The notes: generated by a model not told the origin, from the letters alone. Positions 39,573 through 50,786 are shown, numbered from the whole stretch's first letter. The stretch: 63,269 nt of DNA, filler included, from a bacterium (GCA_043817485.1; 5 parts of 5 records of this genome joined end to end with filler, not necessarily neighbours in it), one strand, 5' to 3'. Made by a program: numbers and translations.

Positions 39573-40017
39573 TTTTATTATTTTATTTTTTGCTACTTCA
39601 ATTGGAACGGGTTATTTTCCTTTTGCTTCAGGAACTATTAGTGCCTTATTAGTTGGATTTCCTATTTATTGGCTAATTAAAGAAAATATTTTTATATATT
39701 TTTTAATAATCTTTTTTTTAATTATTTTAGGTTGTTTTACATCTCATAAAGCAGAACAAATTTTAAAAGAAAAAGATAGTAAAAAAATTACTATAGATGA
39801 AGTTGTAGGGCTTTTGATTGCTTTTTGGGGTATTTCAATTAATATAAAATTATTATTATTGGGATTTTTAATTAATAGAGGATTAGATATAATTAAACCT
39901 TTTCCAATAAATAAAACTCAAAAATTTCCAGGTGGTATAGGAATAATGGCAGATGATATTTTAGCTGGAATAGTATCTAATATTATATTAAAAATAATTT
40001 CAATAAATTTGTTATGA
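39541..40017 (+). CDS. pgpA: Phosphatidylglycerophosphatase A (start may be 39556)
   Basis: ASGT, KD.KKITIDEVVG, DIIKPFPI, GIMADD. Confidence 0.9.
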   Translation: MNTIFMEKFRNFIILFFATSIGTGYFPFASGTISALLVGFPIYWLIKENIFIYFLIIFFLIILGCFTSHKAEQILKEKDSKKITIDEVVGLLIAFWGISINIKLLLLGFLINRGLDIIKPFPINKTQKFPGGIGIMADDILAGIVSNIILKIISINLL

Positions 40018-40130
40018 AATTAATTGTTTAATAGGAAAAAGTTATTATAAAAATTTTGTGAAACTTTTTTCTACCACAATGATGTTTTTCTTAAAAGGAA
40101 AATTATTTAACAAAATAAGGAAATAAAAAA

Positions 40131-40935
40131 ATGGACAAAAAAGAAACACAAAAAATTGTAAGAGAAGCTTATAGCAAAATTGCTAAAAGACAAGAAGGTT
40201 GTGGATGTGGAAGTACCTGTGTGCCAAATACAGAGAAATTTGCAAAGTCAATTGGATATTCAGAGGAAGAATTAATGGTCATTCCAAAAGAAGCAAATTT
40301 GGCTTTAAGTTGTGGGAATCCAACAGCATTAGCCAGTCTTAAAAATGGTGATGTGGTACTTGACCTTGGTTCAGGTGCTGGATTTGATTGTTTTCTGGCT
40401 GCAAACAAGGTTGGGCAAAATGGTAAGGTCATAGGAGTAGATATGACGCTTGAAATGGTTGAAAAAGCAAAAGATAATGCTAAAAAGAACGGAATTAAAA
40501 ATGTTGAGTTTAGATTTGGGGAGATTGAGAAATTACCTGTAGAAAACAATTTAATTGATATAACTATAAGTAATTGTGTTATTAATTTATCGGCTGATAA
40601 GCCAAAAGTTTTTCAAGAGGTCTATAGGGTTTTAAAACCAGGTGGTAGAATAGCAATTTCTGATATTGCTCTTCTCAAAAAACTTCCTAAAAAAATTCAG
40701 GAGAGCATTGAAGCTTATGTAGGTTGTATTTCAGGGGCAATACTTATTGATGAGTATAAAAAAATTGTAGAAGCATCTGGATTGAAAGATGTGAAAATTA
40801 CAATTAAAGGTACATCTAACTGCATTCTTCCTGACACAAAAAGACCCAATAGGCAAAGCTATTTTAGATGGGTTGGGAGAAAATGAGTTTCTTGAAGAGT
40901 ATGTGGTTAGTGTTTATGTAGAAGGTTACAAGTAA
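40131..40935 (+). CDS. arsM: Arsenite methyltransferase, C-terminal frameshift at the A run 40838-40842
   Basis: LSCGNP, DLGSGAGFD, ISNCVINL, YVGCISGA. The corrected tail ends VVSVYVEGYK*. Confidence 0.88.
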
Positions 40936-41174
40936 AATATGCTATTTAAATTTTGTTTAATATTACATATATTATTTTGCTTACTTTATCAATAGTGGTA
41001 TAGATATAACTTTTTTTTTGTTAATTTTAGGAAAATAAAAAAGATCGATGTGGAGATAATCAATTACATATTTTTTGATTTTTTTCTAATTTTATAAAAT
41101 CAAAGGATAAAATTGTTAATCCGTGTTTTTTAAGATTTTATATTTTTAACATACTGAATATTTAGGAGTTTGCA

Positions 41175-42410
41175 ATGAAATTTATTGCTGATTTTCATAT
41201 TCATTCTAAATATAGTCGAGCAACAAGCCCAACAACTAATATTGAAAATTTGTCATTATTTGCTAAATTAAAAGGGATTGATTTATTAGGAACGGGTGAT
41301 TTTACACATCCAAGTTGGCTTAATGAATTAAAAAACAATTTAAACCCTATTGGTAATGGCTTATTCAAATACAATGAAATATTTTTTATTCTTACTGTTG
41401 AAGTATGTAATCTTTTTAATAAAAATGGTAAAGGTAAAAAAAATCATAATTTAATTTTTGCTCCTTCTTTTGAAATAGTAGAAAAAATAAATAAAAGTTT
41501 GGCAAAGTATGGAAATTTATCTATTGATGGACGTCCAATGTTAAGTTTATCATCAGCAAATTTAGTAAAAATTCTTATGAATATTTCAGAAGATATTATG
41601 ATAATTCCAGCCCATATTTGGACACCATGGTTTTCTTTATTTGGTTCTAAATCTGGATTTGATCAAATTGAAGAATGTTTTGAAGATCAAACTAAATATA
41701 TTTATGCTCTTGAAACTGGATTAAGTAGCGATCCATCTATGAATTGGATGCTTTCTAAATTAGATAAATATACGCTTATTTCTAATTCTGATGCGCATTC
41801 TCCAAGTAAATTAGGCAGAGAAGCAAATGTTTTTAATGCAGAAATGGATTATTTTGAAATCAAAAGAATTTTTCAAAAAAAAGATAAAGAAAAATTCTTA
41901 TTTACTCTTGAATTTTTTCCAGAAGAAGGAAAATATCATTATGATGGTCATAGAGTTTGTAATATAAGATTTTCTCCAGAAGAAACTCTTGAAAACAATA
42001 ACATTTGTCCAGTTTGTAAAAAAAATTTAACAATTGGTGTTATGAATAGAATAAATTTTTTAAGTGATAGAAAAAATGGAATTATACCTTCTTGTGCTAT
42101 TCCTTTCAAAAAAATTATTCCTTTAAAAGAAATTATTTCTGAAGTTTTACAAGTAGGTATTGATACAAATGCGGTTAATGCAGAATATAAAAAAATTATT
42201 CAATGTTTTGGGACAGAATTTAATACTTTATTAGATGTTTCAGAAAAAGATCTTAAAAATGAAATTACAATAAATATAGCAGAAGCAATTATTAAAGTAA
42301 GAAATGAAAAAGTAAAAATTATTCCTGGATATGATGGTGTTTTTGGAGAAATACATATACAAAAAGAAAAAGAGAAAAAAAAAGAAGCAATTCAATTAAA
42401 TTTATTTTAA
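41175..42410 (+). CDS. Endonuclease Q family protein (PHP domain)
   Basis: DFHIHSKYSRATS, PAHIWTPW, SNSDAHS, GKYHYDGHR.C, PGYDG. Confidence 0.9.
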   Translation: MKFIADFHIHSKYSRATSPTTNIENLSLFAKLKGIDLLGTGDFTHPSWLNELKNNLNPIGNGLFKYNEIFFILTVEVCNLFNKNGKGKKNHNLIFAPSFEIVEKINKSLAKYGNLSIDGRPMLSLSSANLVKILMNISEDIMIIPAHIWTPWFSLFGSKSGFDQIEECFEDQTKYIYALETGLSSDPSMNWMLSKLDKYTLISNSDAHSPSKLGREANVFNAEMDYFEIKRIFQKKDKEKFLFTLEFFPEEGKYHYDGHRVCNIRFSPEETLENNNICPVCKKNLTIGVMNRINFLSDRKNGIIPSCAIPFKKIIPLKEIISEVLQVGIDTNAVNAEYKKIIQCFGTEFNTLLDVSEKDLKNEITINIAEAIIKVRNEKVKIIPGYDGVFGEIHIQKEKEKKKEAIQLNLF

Positions 42411-42419
42411 TTGAATTGT

Positions 42420-42495
42420 ATGATGAACAAACAATTTTGATCCAATGTTTTTGAACAAACGATTTGAACCGACGATTTTAATCGTCGGGTTTAAA
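42420..42495. repeat. Degenerate tandem units ending in a REP-like hairpin
   Basis: tgaacaaacaattt / tgatccaatgtttt / tgaacaaacgatt / tgaaccgacgattttaatcgtcgggtt; between convergent genes. Confidence 0.55.
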
Positions 42496-42562
42496 AACTC
42501 TTATCGGTGAAAAACATCTTTTTACTGCAATTGAGTTTGTAATAAATAATTATTTTATATTT

Positions 42563-42605
42563 CAAGTCGCATTCAAACACTAACTGTGTTGGCTTTATTA
42601 CGGCT
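42563..42605. repeat. Partial copy of the TACCAAGTCGCATTCAAA element end
   Basis: caagtcgcattcaaacactaactgtgttgg. Confidence 0.75.
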
Positions 42606-42636
42606 TTTAATTTTTTCCTCAATTTGTATTTTGTTA

Positions 42637-43878
42637 TTATAAAATTATTGCATTTTCACCTTTAATTAAATCTTTATAAGTTTCTCTTTTTCGTATAACA
42701 TAGTATTTATCATCTTTTGTTAATACTTCTGCTACTTTTTTTCGAGAATTATAATTAGAAGCCATAGTAAATCCATAAGCTCCAGCACTCATAATAGCTA
42801 ATAATTCTTCTTGTTTTACTTCTAAAATATTTCTATCTTTAGCAAAAAAATCACCAGATTCACATACAGGGCCTACTATATCTGCTTTAAAAGTTTTTCT
42901 ATTTTTCTTTATTACTGGTATTATTTGATGAAAAGCATCATAGAAAGATGGTCTAATTAAATCTGTCATTGCTGCATCAACAATAACAAAATTTTTTTGA
43001 GGAGTTTTTTTAAGATACAGAATTTTAGTTACTAAAATTCCAGCGTTTCCAACAATAAATCTTCCTGGTTCAATCATAAGTTTTAATCCCGTATTTTTAA
43101 ATAATGGGATAATTTCTTTGCTAATTATTTCCGCATTTGGAGGTGTTTCTTCATTATAAATAATTCCAAATCCTCCTCCAATATCTAACCATTCACATTT
43201 TATTTTTAAACTTTTTATTAAATTTATAAGTTTTGTAATTGCTTTAATAGAAGGAGATACTTGTGTTATTTGAGTACCAATATGAGATTGTATATCAATT
43301 AATTTTAAATAAGGATATTTATTTATATTTTTAATTAAATCTATTGCTTGATCAAAATCTATACCAAATTTATTTTCTTTTTTTCCAGTAGTTATATGAT
43401 GATGAGTATTTGCTTCTATATCTGGATTAATTCTTAAAGCAATAGAAGCACATTTTCCTGATGATTTAGCAATACTATGAATTAATTCTAATTCTGGAAT
43501 AGATTCTACAGTAAACATTAAAATATTTGTTTTTAAAGCTAATTCAATTTCTTCACGAGTTTTACCTACTCCAGCAAAAACAATTTTTTTTCCTGGCACT
43601 TTTATTTTTATTAGCCGATATAATTCTCCTCCAGAAACAATGTCAAAATATGCATTTTGATCTGCTAAAAGTTTTAAAATTGCTAAATTTGAATTTGCTT
43701 TGACAGAATAACAAATTTTATGTTCTATATTTTTAAAAGCTTTATCTAAACTATGATAATGATGGAGAATAGTTTTTGAACTATAAAGATAAAAAGGTGT
43801 TGAAACATTTTTACTTATTTCTTCTACTTTTACATCATCACAATATAAATGATTATTTTTATATTTAAAAAAATGCAT
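42637..43878 (-). CDS. lysA: Diaminopimelate decarboxylase
   Basis: YSVKAN, DIVSGGE, HIGTQI, EPGR, GPVCESGD, SNYNSR. Confidence 0.96.
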   Translation of the reverse strand: MHFFKYKNNHLYCDDVKVEEISKNVSTPFYLYSSKTILHHYHSLDKAFKNIEHKICYSVKANSNLAILKLLADQNAYFDIVSGGELYRLIKIKVPGKKIVFAGVGKTREEIELALKTNILMFTVESIPELELIHSIAKSSGKCASIALRINPDIEANTHHHITTGKKENKFGIDFDQAIDLIKNINKYPYLKLIDIQSHIGTQITQVSPSIKAITKLINLIKSLKIKCEWLDIGGGFGIIYNEETPPNAEIISKEIIPLFKNTGLKLMIEPGRFIVGNAGILVTKILYLKKTPQKNFVIVDAAMTDLIRPSFYDAFHQIIPVIKKNRKTFKADIVGPVCESGDFFAKDRNILEVKQEELLAIMSAGAYGFTMASNYNSRKKVAEVLTKDDKYYVIRKRETYKDLIKGENAIIL

Positions 43879-43932
43879 ATGCTTTTCTCCTTAATTTTGT
43901 TTTTATTTTGTAGAAAATAATTTATGAATTTT

Positions 43933-44112
43933 TATACCAAGTCGCATTCAAACACTAATTGTGTTGACTTTGTTATCGGTTCCTTATGTCCCCTGCTGGC
44001 GGGGGGTGTCCGTTAGGACGGGGGTGGAATTTTTTAATACATTCCTATTTGCAAGCAGAATCCATCGTCTTTTCCTTGTTGCCTTATTATCATTTGAATG
44101 TAATGTGGTATA
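43933..44112. mobile_element. MITE-like element with an imperfect 20-bp TIR, carrying a REP double hairpin
   Basis: TATACCAAGTCGCATTCAAA ... TTTGAATGTAATGTGGTATA (16/20); internal copy of the 5471-5519 repeat. Confidence 0.7.
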
Positions 44113-44119
44113 AGAAGTT

Positions 44120-45198
44120 TTACTTTATAAATTCATTAAATTTTTCAAAATTTTTCATTTTTTTAATTTTTTCTAATAAAACTTTTACCATTTCATTTTC
44201 TGGTATTTTTTTAATTAGTTTTCCTTTTTCAAAAAGCATTCCATATCCTTTTCCTCCAGCAATGCCTATATCTGCATAAGAAGCTTCTCCTGGACCATTT
44301 ACAACACATCCCATAATAGCAATTTTAATTGGTTCATGAAAATTTTTAAGACCATTTTGAATTTTTTTAGTAATTTGAAAAATATTAATATTACATCTTC
44401 CACAAGTAGGACAAGAAATAATTGTTGGACCATATTCCCCTAAATTTAAAACTTTTAAAATTTCATATCCAGTTTTTACTTCATTTATTGATGTATCAGT
44501 TAATGAAACTCTTATAGTATCTCCTATCCCTTGTGCTAATAAAACTCCTATCCCAATACTTGAACGAATATTTCCGTTTATTAGAGGTCCAGATTCTGTA
44601 ACTCCAATATGAAAAGGATATTTTACTTTGGAAGATAAAAGATGATGTGATTCTATCAGTAAGGGAATATCAAAAGATTTTACAGAAATTACAATATTTT
44701 TAAAATCCATATCTTCAAATAATTTAACATAATCTAAAGTTTTTTCTACTAAAATTTCTGGTTTTATATTTTTTGTTTTTGTTCCAAAAATAGAGCCCGT
44801 ATTTATTCCTATTCTAATAGGAATATTTTTTGTTTAGAAGCATCAATAATTGCTTTTATTTTCTTTTTTTCTTTTATATTTCCTGGATTTATTCTAATTT
44901 TATCTGCACCTTGCGATATTGATTCTAATGCTAATTTATAATCAAAATGAATATCTGCTACTAAAGGAATTTTAATATGCTTTTTTATAAAATTTATTTT
45001 AGAAGCAAATTCCATATCAGGAACAGCAACTCTAATAATTTTACAACCAACTTTTTCTAATTTTTTTATTTCTTTAATAATCCCTTTAATATCTTGTGGT
45101 GGTGTTTTACACATTGATTGAACTAAAATAGGATGATTACTTCCAATAAATTCATTTCCTATTTTTATAGAAAAAGTTTCTCTTCTTTTGATCATCAA
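44120..45198 (-). CDS. ispG: HMBPP synthase, frameshifted at the T run 44826-44831
   Basis: VQSM, ADIHFD, RINPGNI, HIGVTE, GDTIRVSLT, SCPTCGR, MGCVVNGPGE. Confidence 0.93.
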
Positions 45199-45205
45199 TA
45201 TTGCC

Positions 45206-46486
45206 TTATTTTTTATAAATTGCTAAATTGCTTGCAGAATTAAAAACTAATATTTTAGCAGTTGGATCTTTTTTTATCCATTTATCAATTATTTCTTGTG
45301 GAGATGGTGTTGGATAAAGATGCATTTTTAAAACATCTTTATTTTTCAATTGTGAATATAACCATATTTTTTTAGTTCTTTCAATTAATTTAGCCATTTT
45401 ATAAGTTTTTTGCATAGATAATTTATAATTAGTTTTAATTTCTTTAAATATTTTAGCCAATGGCCAAGTTAAACGTTTATAAAAAAAATCTTCTGCTTCT
45501 TTACTTGGAGCAAAACCATTTTTACATTCAGCTAAAAAAAGTATTTCTCCATTATCTAAAACTGCTTGATTGACTAAATCAAGACCTCTTTGAGCCATAT
45601 ATACATCAGCATCATTAGGATATCCACCTGGTGATACAATTATATATTGGGCTGGTTTAACAAAAAAACTTGTTAATTCATCTACTTTTTTTATTCCATC
45701 TCTTATTACTTTTTTAATTTCTCCAGCTTTTGCCCATTCTATTTTTTTACTTCCATATATTACTAATGCAAAAACATCAGTTTTTTGTTTAATTAAATTC
45801 ATTGTTTCTAACATATCTTCTGCTACTGGATTATTTCTTTTTTTCGGATTTGGATGATAAGGATGTTGTCCAAATGTAGCATTTTTTTCTAATGATAAAA
45901 AATGATTGGCTTCAACAGTTTCAAATTTACAAACTCCAGGAGCAAAATTTTTAATTGGATTACAATATCCCGCAAAATAATGAGATTTCATAGAAGAAGT
46001 AATTACATAAAGATCCGTATTTAATGCTTTTTCATTTACAAAAACAGGTGTTTTAAAAGAAGTTTTTCCTAAATATTTAAAATTGGCTTTTTGAGAATCA
46101 TGAATAATAATTTCAGCATTTTTAATTTTATATTTTTCTATACTTTCTTTAATTACATTTACTATTTTTTGATTTTCAGGCATAAGAGGGCTATGGCAAC
46201 CTGTTGCAATAATGTAAACTACTGATTGTGCTTTTTTTAATCTTTTATTGCATTCTGAAATTATTTTTTTATGTGGATTTGAACGAGTACAGTCTTCTAT
46301 TAAAACAACAACTTTTTTATTTTGTGCTAAAATTTCTAATTTTTTTCCATAAGGATTTTCGAATGCTTCTTTTAATACTGAAGAAGATGTTTTTTGTGTT
46401 TTTCTTGGAACAATAATTTTTTCTAAATTTTTAGAAGGAATATTTACGCTAATTTTCGAAGAACCATAAAAAAGATTTATTTTCAT
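45206..46486 (-). CDS. LarA-like (nickel-pincer racemase/epimerase family) protein
   Basis: EDCTR..P, IATGCH, HD, HYFAGY..K...PG, SPGGYPND. Confidence 0.7.
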   Translation of the reverse strand: MKINLFYGSSKISVNIPSKNLEKIIVPRKTQKTSSSVLKEAFENPYGKKLEILAQNKKVVVLIEDCTRSNPHKKIISECNKRLKKAQSVVYIIATGCHSPLMPENQKIVNVIKESIEKYKIKNAEIIIHDSQKANFKYLGKTSFKTPVFVNEKALNTDLYVITSSMKSHYFAGYCNPIKNFAPGVCKFETVEANHFLSLEKNATFGQHPYHPNPKKRNNPVAEDMLETMNLIKQKTDVFALVIYGSKKIEWAKAGEIKKVIRDGIKKVDELTSFFVKPAQYIIVSPGGYPNDADVYMAQRGLDLVNQAVLDNGEILFLAECKNGFAPSKEAEDFFYKRLTWPLAKIFKEIKTNYKLSMQKTYKMAKLIERTKKIWLYSQLKNKDVLKMHLYPTPSPQEIIDKWIKKDPTAKILVFNSASNLAIYKK

Positions 46487-46601
46487 TTTCTATCCTTTTT
46501 TAAAAATACTAATTTTTTTAAATTTTTAAATTGTAATAATAATTTTTGTTTAATTTGTCAATAAATTTTTTATATAAAACTTGACAAAAAATTATTAAAA
46601 T

Positions 46602-46636
46602 GTTAACTAAAGTTAATTTTGTTTGCTATGGCTAAC
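46602..46636. promoter_or_regulatory. Tandem DtxR/MntR-like operator palindromes overlapping a promoter (TTGACA at 46581)
   Basis: GTTAAC-taaa-GTTAAT and GTTTGC-tatg-GCTAAC just upstream of a DtxR-family gene and feoAB. Confidence 0.6.
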
Positions 46637-46658
46637 TTAAAAAAGGATATTAATTTTT

Positions 46659-47144
46659 ATGAAATTATTAAGTTCAAATATAGAAGATTATTTAGAGACA
46701 ATAACTATAATTAGCAATAAAAATAATATTGTAAGAGTAAAAGATATAAGTAAAGAAATGGGTGTAAGTATGCCCAGTGTAAATAAAGCAATAAAAATTC
46801 TTTCAAAAGAAAAATTAGTATCTCATGAAAATTATGGATATGTAGAATTAACAGAAAAAGGACGAATACTTGGAAATACAATTTACAATTCTCATAATGT
46901 TTTAATTAAATTTTTAACTGAAGTACTTAATGTTGATTATAAAATAGCCCAAAAAGATGCTTGTAAAATAGAACACAATATTAGTGATGAAACTTTAAAT
47001 AGATTGATAGCATTTTTAAAATATATAGAAACATTTGTATCAAATAAAAAAATAAATTGGATTAAAGATTTTAATCATTTTTACAAAACTTATAAAACAG
47101 ATAAAAGTTTAAAAAAATGTAAATTGGAAAGAAATTTAAAATAA
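46659..47144 (+). CDS. DtxR/MntR-family metal-dependent regulator
   Basis: EDYLETI, VSMPSV, LTEKG, DACKIEH. Confidence 0.92.
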   Translation: MKLLSSNIEDYLETITIISNKNNIVRVKDISKEMGVSMPSVNKAIKILSKEKLVSHENYGYVELTEKGRILGNTIYNSHNVLIKFLTEVLNVDYKIAQKDACKIEHNISDETLNRLIAFLKYIETFVSNKKINWIKDFNHFYKTYKTDKSLKKCKLERNLK

Positions 47145-47371
47145 TGAATATAACACAAATAAAACAATTAGAAAAAGTAGTAATTATTGAAATTCATGGA
47201 GATAAAAATTTTGTAAATAAATTAGATTCAATGGGAATAAGATTAGGTGTAGGAATTATTAAAATTAGTTCTCAATTTTTACAAGGGCCTATAACTATTA
47301 AAATAGGAAATACTCAAGTAGCTATAAGTTATAGTATAGCAAAAAGAATTATTGTTGAAATAGTAAAATAA
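47144..47371 (+). CDS. feoA: Ferrous iron transport protein A
   Basis: KLDSMGIRLG, GPITIKIG; precedes feoB. Confidence 0.88.
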   Translation: MNITQIKQLEKVVIIEIHGDKNFVNKLDSMGIRLGVGIIKISSQFLQGPITIKIGNTQVAISYSIAKRIIVEIVK

Positions 47372-47384
47372 TAAGGAAGTATAA

Positions 47385-49091
47385 ATGAAAAAAATTCTTT
47401 TAATGGGAAATCCTAATGTTGGGAAAAGTTCTATTTTTTCTCGATTAACAGATATTGATGTTATTATTTCAAATTATTCAGGAACAACAGTTGAATTGAC
47501 AAAGGGGCATTTTAAAATTGGTGAAGAAAAATTTGAAGTTATTGATATTCCTGGAACTTATACATTGGAACCAATATCAAAAGTAGAAGAAATTGCTGTA
47601 GAAATGTTGAAAGAAGGAGATATTCTTGTAAATGTAATTGATTCTACAAATTTAGAAAGAAATCTTAATTTAACATTACAACTATTAAAACAAAATATTC
47701 CTACTATTATAATAATGAATTTTTGGGATGATATAAAACATAAAGGGATTACTATTGATATAGAAAAACTTGAAAAAATTTTGAAAGTACCTATTGTTCC
47801 AATTTGTGCCATAACTGGCGAAGGAATAAAAAATTTTATTGAAAAATTATCACAATCTAAAATAGGAAATTATCAATATGAAGAAAAAGAAAAATGGAAT
47901 GAAATAGGAAATATTATCAATAGTGTTCAAAAATTAACACATAGACACCATACTTTTTTAGAAAAATTAGCAGATGTTTCAATAAATTCTACAAGTGGAA
48001 TATTCATTGCTTTTATTGTTATGTTTTTTACTTTTAAAACTATTAGGTTTATAGGAGAAGGGTTTATTAATTATGTTTTTGAACCATTGTTTAAAAACAT
48101 TTGGTTGCCGATAATGACAAATTTTTCACAAATATTGGGATCAAAAGGATTTTTTCATAATTTTTTGATTGGAGAACTTATTGAAGGAAAAATAGATTTT
48201 AAACAATCATTTGGAGTTTTAACAACTGGTTTTTTTGTTCCTATTGCTATGATTTATCCATATGTATTTGCTTTTTATTTTGTATTAGGTTTTCTTGAAG
48301 ATACAGGGTATTTACCTCGTTTAGCAATTCTTTTTGATAGAACTATGCATTTAGTGGGCTTGCATGGTTTTTCTATAATTTCAATTTTACTTAGTTTTGG
48401 ATGTAAGATTCCAGGAGTTCTTTCTACAAGAGTAATGGAAAGTAAAAAAGAAAGATTTATTAGTGCAGCACTTATTACACTATGTATTCCCTGTGTATCA
48501 CAAATTGCTATGATTATAGGTCTTATTGGAAAATATGGAGCAAAAGGATTTATTTTTGTTTTTGGAACTTTATTTTTAGTATGGTTAATTATAGGAATTT
48601 TGTTAAATAAAACACTTAAAGGAGAAAGTCCAGAAATATTTGTTGAAATCCCTTCATATCGAATTCCACATTTTGGAACATTGATGAAAAAATTATTAAT
48701 AAGAATTAAATGGTTTTTAAAAGAAGCTGTTCCATTTATTTTTTTTGGAATAATTTTAGCAAATATTCTTTATTTTTTTAAAGTTATAGATTTTTTAGAA
48801 AAAATAATTGGTCCTCTAATGACAAGATTATTTGGGTTACCAATTAAAGCAATATCTGCTTTAATTATAGGTTTTTTAAGAAAAGATATTGCTGTTGGGA
48901 TGTTAGCACCACTTAATTTAACTTTTAAACAACTTATAATTGCAAGTATTATTTTAGTAATGTATTTTCCTTGTGTTGGTGTTTTTGTAACACTTGTAAA
49001 AGAATTTGGAATAAAAAATATGATGAAATTAACAATAATTATGATAATTTCTACCATAATTGTTGGAGGATTGTTTAACTTAATTCTTTAA
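47385..49091 (+). CDS. feoB: Ferrous iron transport protein B
   Basis: GNPNVGKS, NY.GTTV, DIPG, LEDTGYLPR, YFPC. Confidence 0.93.
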   Translation: MKKILLMGNPNVGKSSIFSRLTDIDVIISNYSGTTVELTKGHFKIGEEKFEVIDIPGTYTLEPISKVEEIAVEMLKEGDILVNVIDSTNLERNLNLTLQLLKQNIPTIIIMNFWDDIKHKGITIDIEKLEKILKVPIVPICAITGEGIKNFIEKLSQSKIGNYQYEEKEKWNEIGNIINSVQKLTHRHHTFLEKLADVSINSTSGIFIAFIVMFFTFKTIRFIGEGFINYVFEPLFKNIWLPIMTNFSQILGSKGFFHNFLIGELIEGKIDFKQSFGVLTTGFFVPIAMIYPYVFAFYFVLGFLEDTGYLPRLAILFDRTMHLVGLHGFSIISILLSFGCKIPGVLSTRVMESKKERFISAALITLCIPCVSQIAMIIGLIGKYGAKGFIFVFGTLFLVWLIIGILLNKTLKGESPEIFVEIPSYRIPHFGTLMKKLLIRIKWFLKEAVPFIFFGIILANILYFFKVIDFLEKIIGPLMTRLFGLPIKAISALIIGFLRKDIAVGMLAPLNLTFKQLIIASIILVMYFPCVGVFVTLVKEFGIKNMMKLTIIMIISTIIVGGLFNLIL

Positions 49092-49305
49092 TTTTGAACA
49101 TCTTTTGTTAGGAGATAGATTTTTTTTTTATTATTTTAAGTTTTTTTTAAATATTCCTTGACTTTTGTTGAATTTTTTATTTATTTTATATTTGAATAAA
49201 TTATTTAATGAAACTTTAACTGTTCATTCATAAAAAAAGTAATGTTTTTATAATGATATTTTAATAAGCATTTTATAAAACTTTAACAAATAGGAGGTTT
49301 TAGAA

Positions 49306-50778
49306 ATGAAATATAAAATTTTTATTATTTTATGTTTTTTAATAACAAGTTCTTATTTAAAAGCAGATTGGCAAATGCTTTTCAACAATTCTCAACATAC
49401 TAATTTTTTAAAAACAGAAACTTTGCCTTATTTGTCTTTGTCTTGGACATATTTAACTAATAATACGATTATTTCGTCTTCTGCTGTATTTGGGGAAGTG
49501 CTTTATGTTGGTTCTGGGGATAAAAATCTTTATGCTATTAATATTGTTGATGGTTCTTTAGTTTGGAAATTTTCTTCACAAGGAAGTATTTTTTCTTCTC
49601 CAGCAATAAATAATAATACGATATTTATTGGTTCAAAAGACAAAAATTTATATGCTCTTGATGCTAAAACAGGACAAATTAAATGGACTTATTTAGCCAA
49701 TGGAGATATACTTGCTTCTCCATTAGTTAGTGAAGGAAAAGTTTTTATCAGTGTAGGTTATCCAGAAAAATCTATTGTGGCTATAAATGAAAATACTGGG
49801 GAAAAAATTTGGCAAATTGAAACAATGCAAATGGTTTATTCTTCTCCAGCGTTATTTTCTAATACACTTTTTTGTGGGTCTGATGATGGTTATCTTTATG
49901 CTCTTGATATTAATAATGGAAATATTAAATGGAAATTTCAAACTAATGGAAATATGTTTCTTTCATCAGTAAGCATTAAAGATAATGTAGTATATTGTTT
50001 TCCTGGTAATTTTGAAAAAAATGTTTATGCTATTAATATTACTGATGGTTCATTAAAATGGAAATTTAAAGATAGTGTAGAAAAAATACTTGTTACAGGT
50101 TCTTCTGTTGCAATATCTGATAAAGAAGTTTATTTTCAAATGGGATTTTTAGAATCTTATGTTTATTGTTTAAATGCTGATACTGGAGATTTACAATGGA
50201 AAACTCTTACTGGAAAAACAGCAGATTTTGGGGTACTTTCTACGCCTCTTATTACTAATAATTATATATATGTTGGTAGTGGAGATGGAAATATTTATGT
50301 GCTTACTCGAGATAAAGGAGAAGTAAAAACAAAATATCCTGTTAATTCTCCTTTAATTTCTTCGCCCGTTATAGTTAATAATAATCTTTATATTGGAGCA
50401 ACTAATGGGAAAGTATATTCATTTTCTTTACTTTCTGAATTAAGTAAAGAAAATTTACCTTCAAAGGAAATAACTGAAACAAAAATATTGGATAATTTTC
50501 CAAATCCTTTTAATCCTGAAGTATGGATTCCTGTTTCTATAGCAGGAGGAGAAAAAGTAAATTTAGCAAAAATAAAAATTTATAATACATTAGGACAATT
50601 AATTAGAGTTCTTGAGGTAAATTTTAAAAATAGTGAATTATGCAATAATCAAAAGCAATCTATTTATTGGGATGGAAGAGATAATCAAGGAAAAACAGTA
50701 TCTTCTGGTGCTTATTTTTATCAATATGAAATTAACAATAAAATGATAAATACTAAAAAAATGTTATTGCTTAAATAA
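49306..50778 (+). CDS. Secreted PQQ-like (BamB-type) beta-propeller with a FlgD-Ig/T9SS type-A-like C-terminal domain
   Basis: Repeated SSP...YVGS.D..LYA...G...W blades; FPNPFNP...WDGRD...KKMLLLK. Confidence 0.85.
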   Translation: MKYKIFIILCFLITSSYLKADWQMLFNNSQHTNFLKTETLPYLSLSWTYLTNNTIISSSAVFGEVLYVGSGDKNLYAINIVDGSLVWKFSSQGSIFSSPAINNNTIFIGSKDKNLYALDAKTGQIKWTYLANGDILASPLVSEGKVFISVGYPEKSIVAINENTGEKIWQIETMQMVYSSPALFSNTLFCGSDDGYLYALDINNGNIKWKFQTNGNMFLSSVSIKDNVVYCFPGNFEKNVYAINITDGSLKWKFKDSVEKILVTGSSVAISDKEVYFQMGFLESYVYCLNADTGDLQWKTLTGKTADFGVLSTPLITNNYIYVGSGDGNIYVLTRDKGEVKTKYPVNSPLISSPVIVNNNLYIGATNGKVYSFSLLSELSKENLPSKEITETKILDNFPNPFNPEVWIPVSIAGGEKVNLAKIKIYNTLGQLIRVLEVNFKNSELCNNQKQSIYWDGRDNQGKTVSSGAYFYQYEINNKMINTKKMLLLK

Positions 50779-50786
50779 AAAAATAA

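Noticed and set aside
43986-44279. 97-aa ORF on the + strand
   Set aside because: Starts in a REP hairpin and runs antisense to ispG; spurious, like the other short antisense ORFs in the track.
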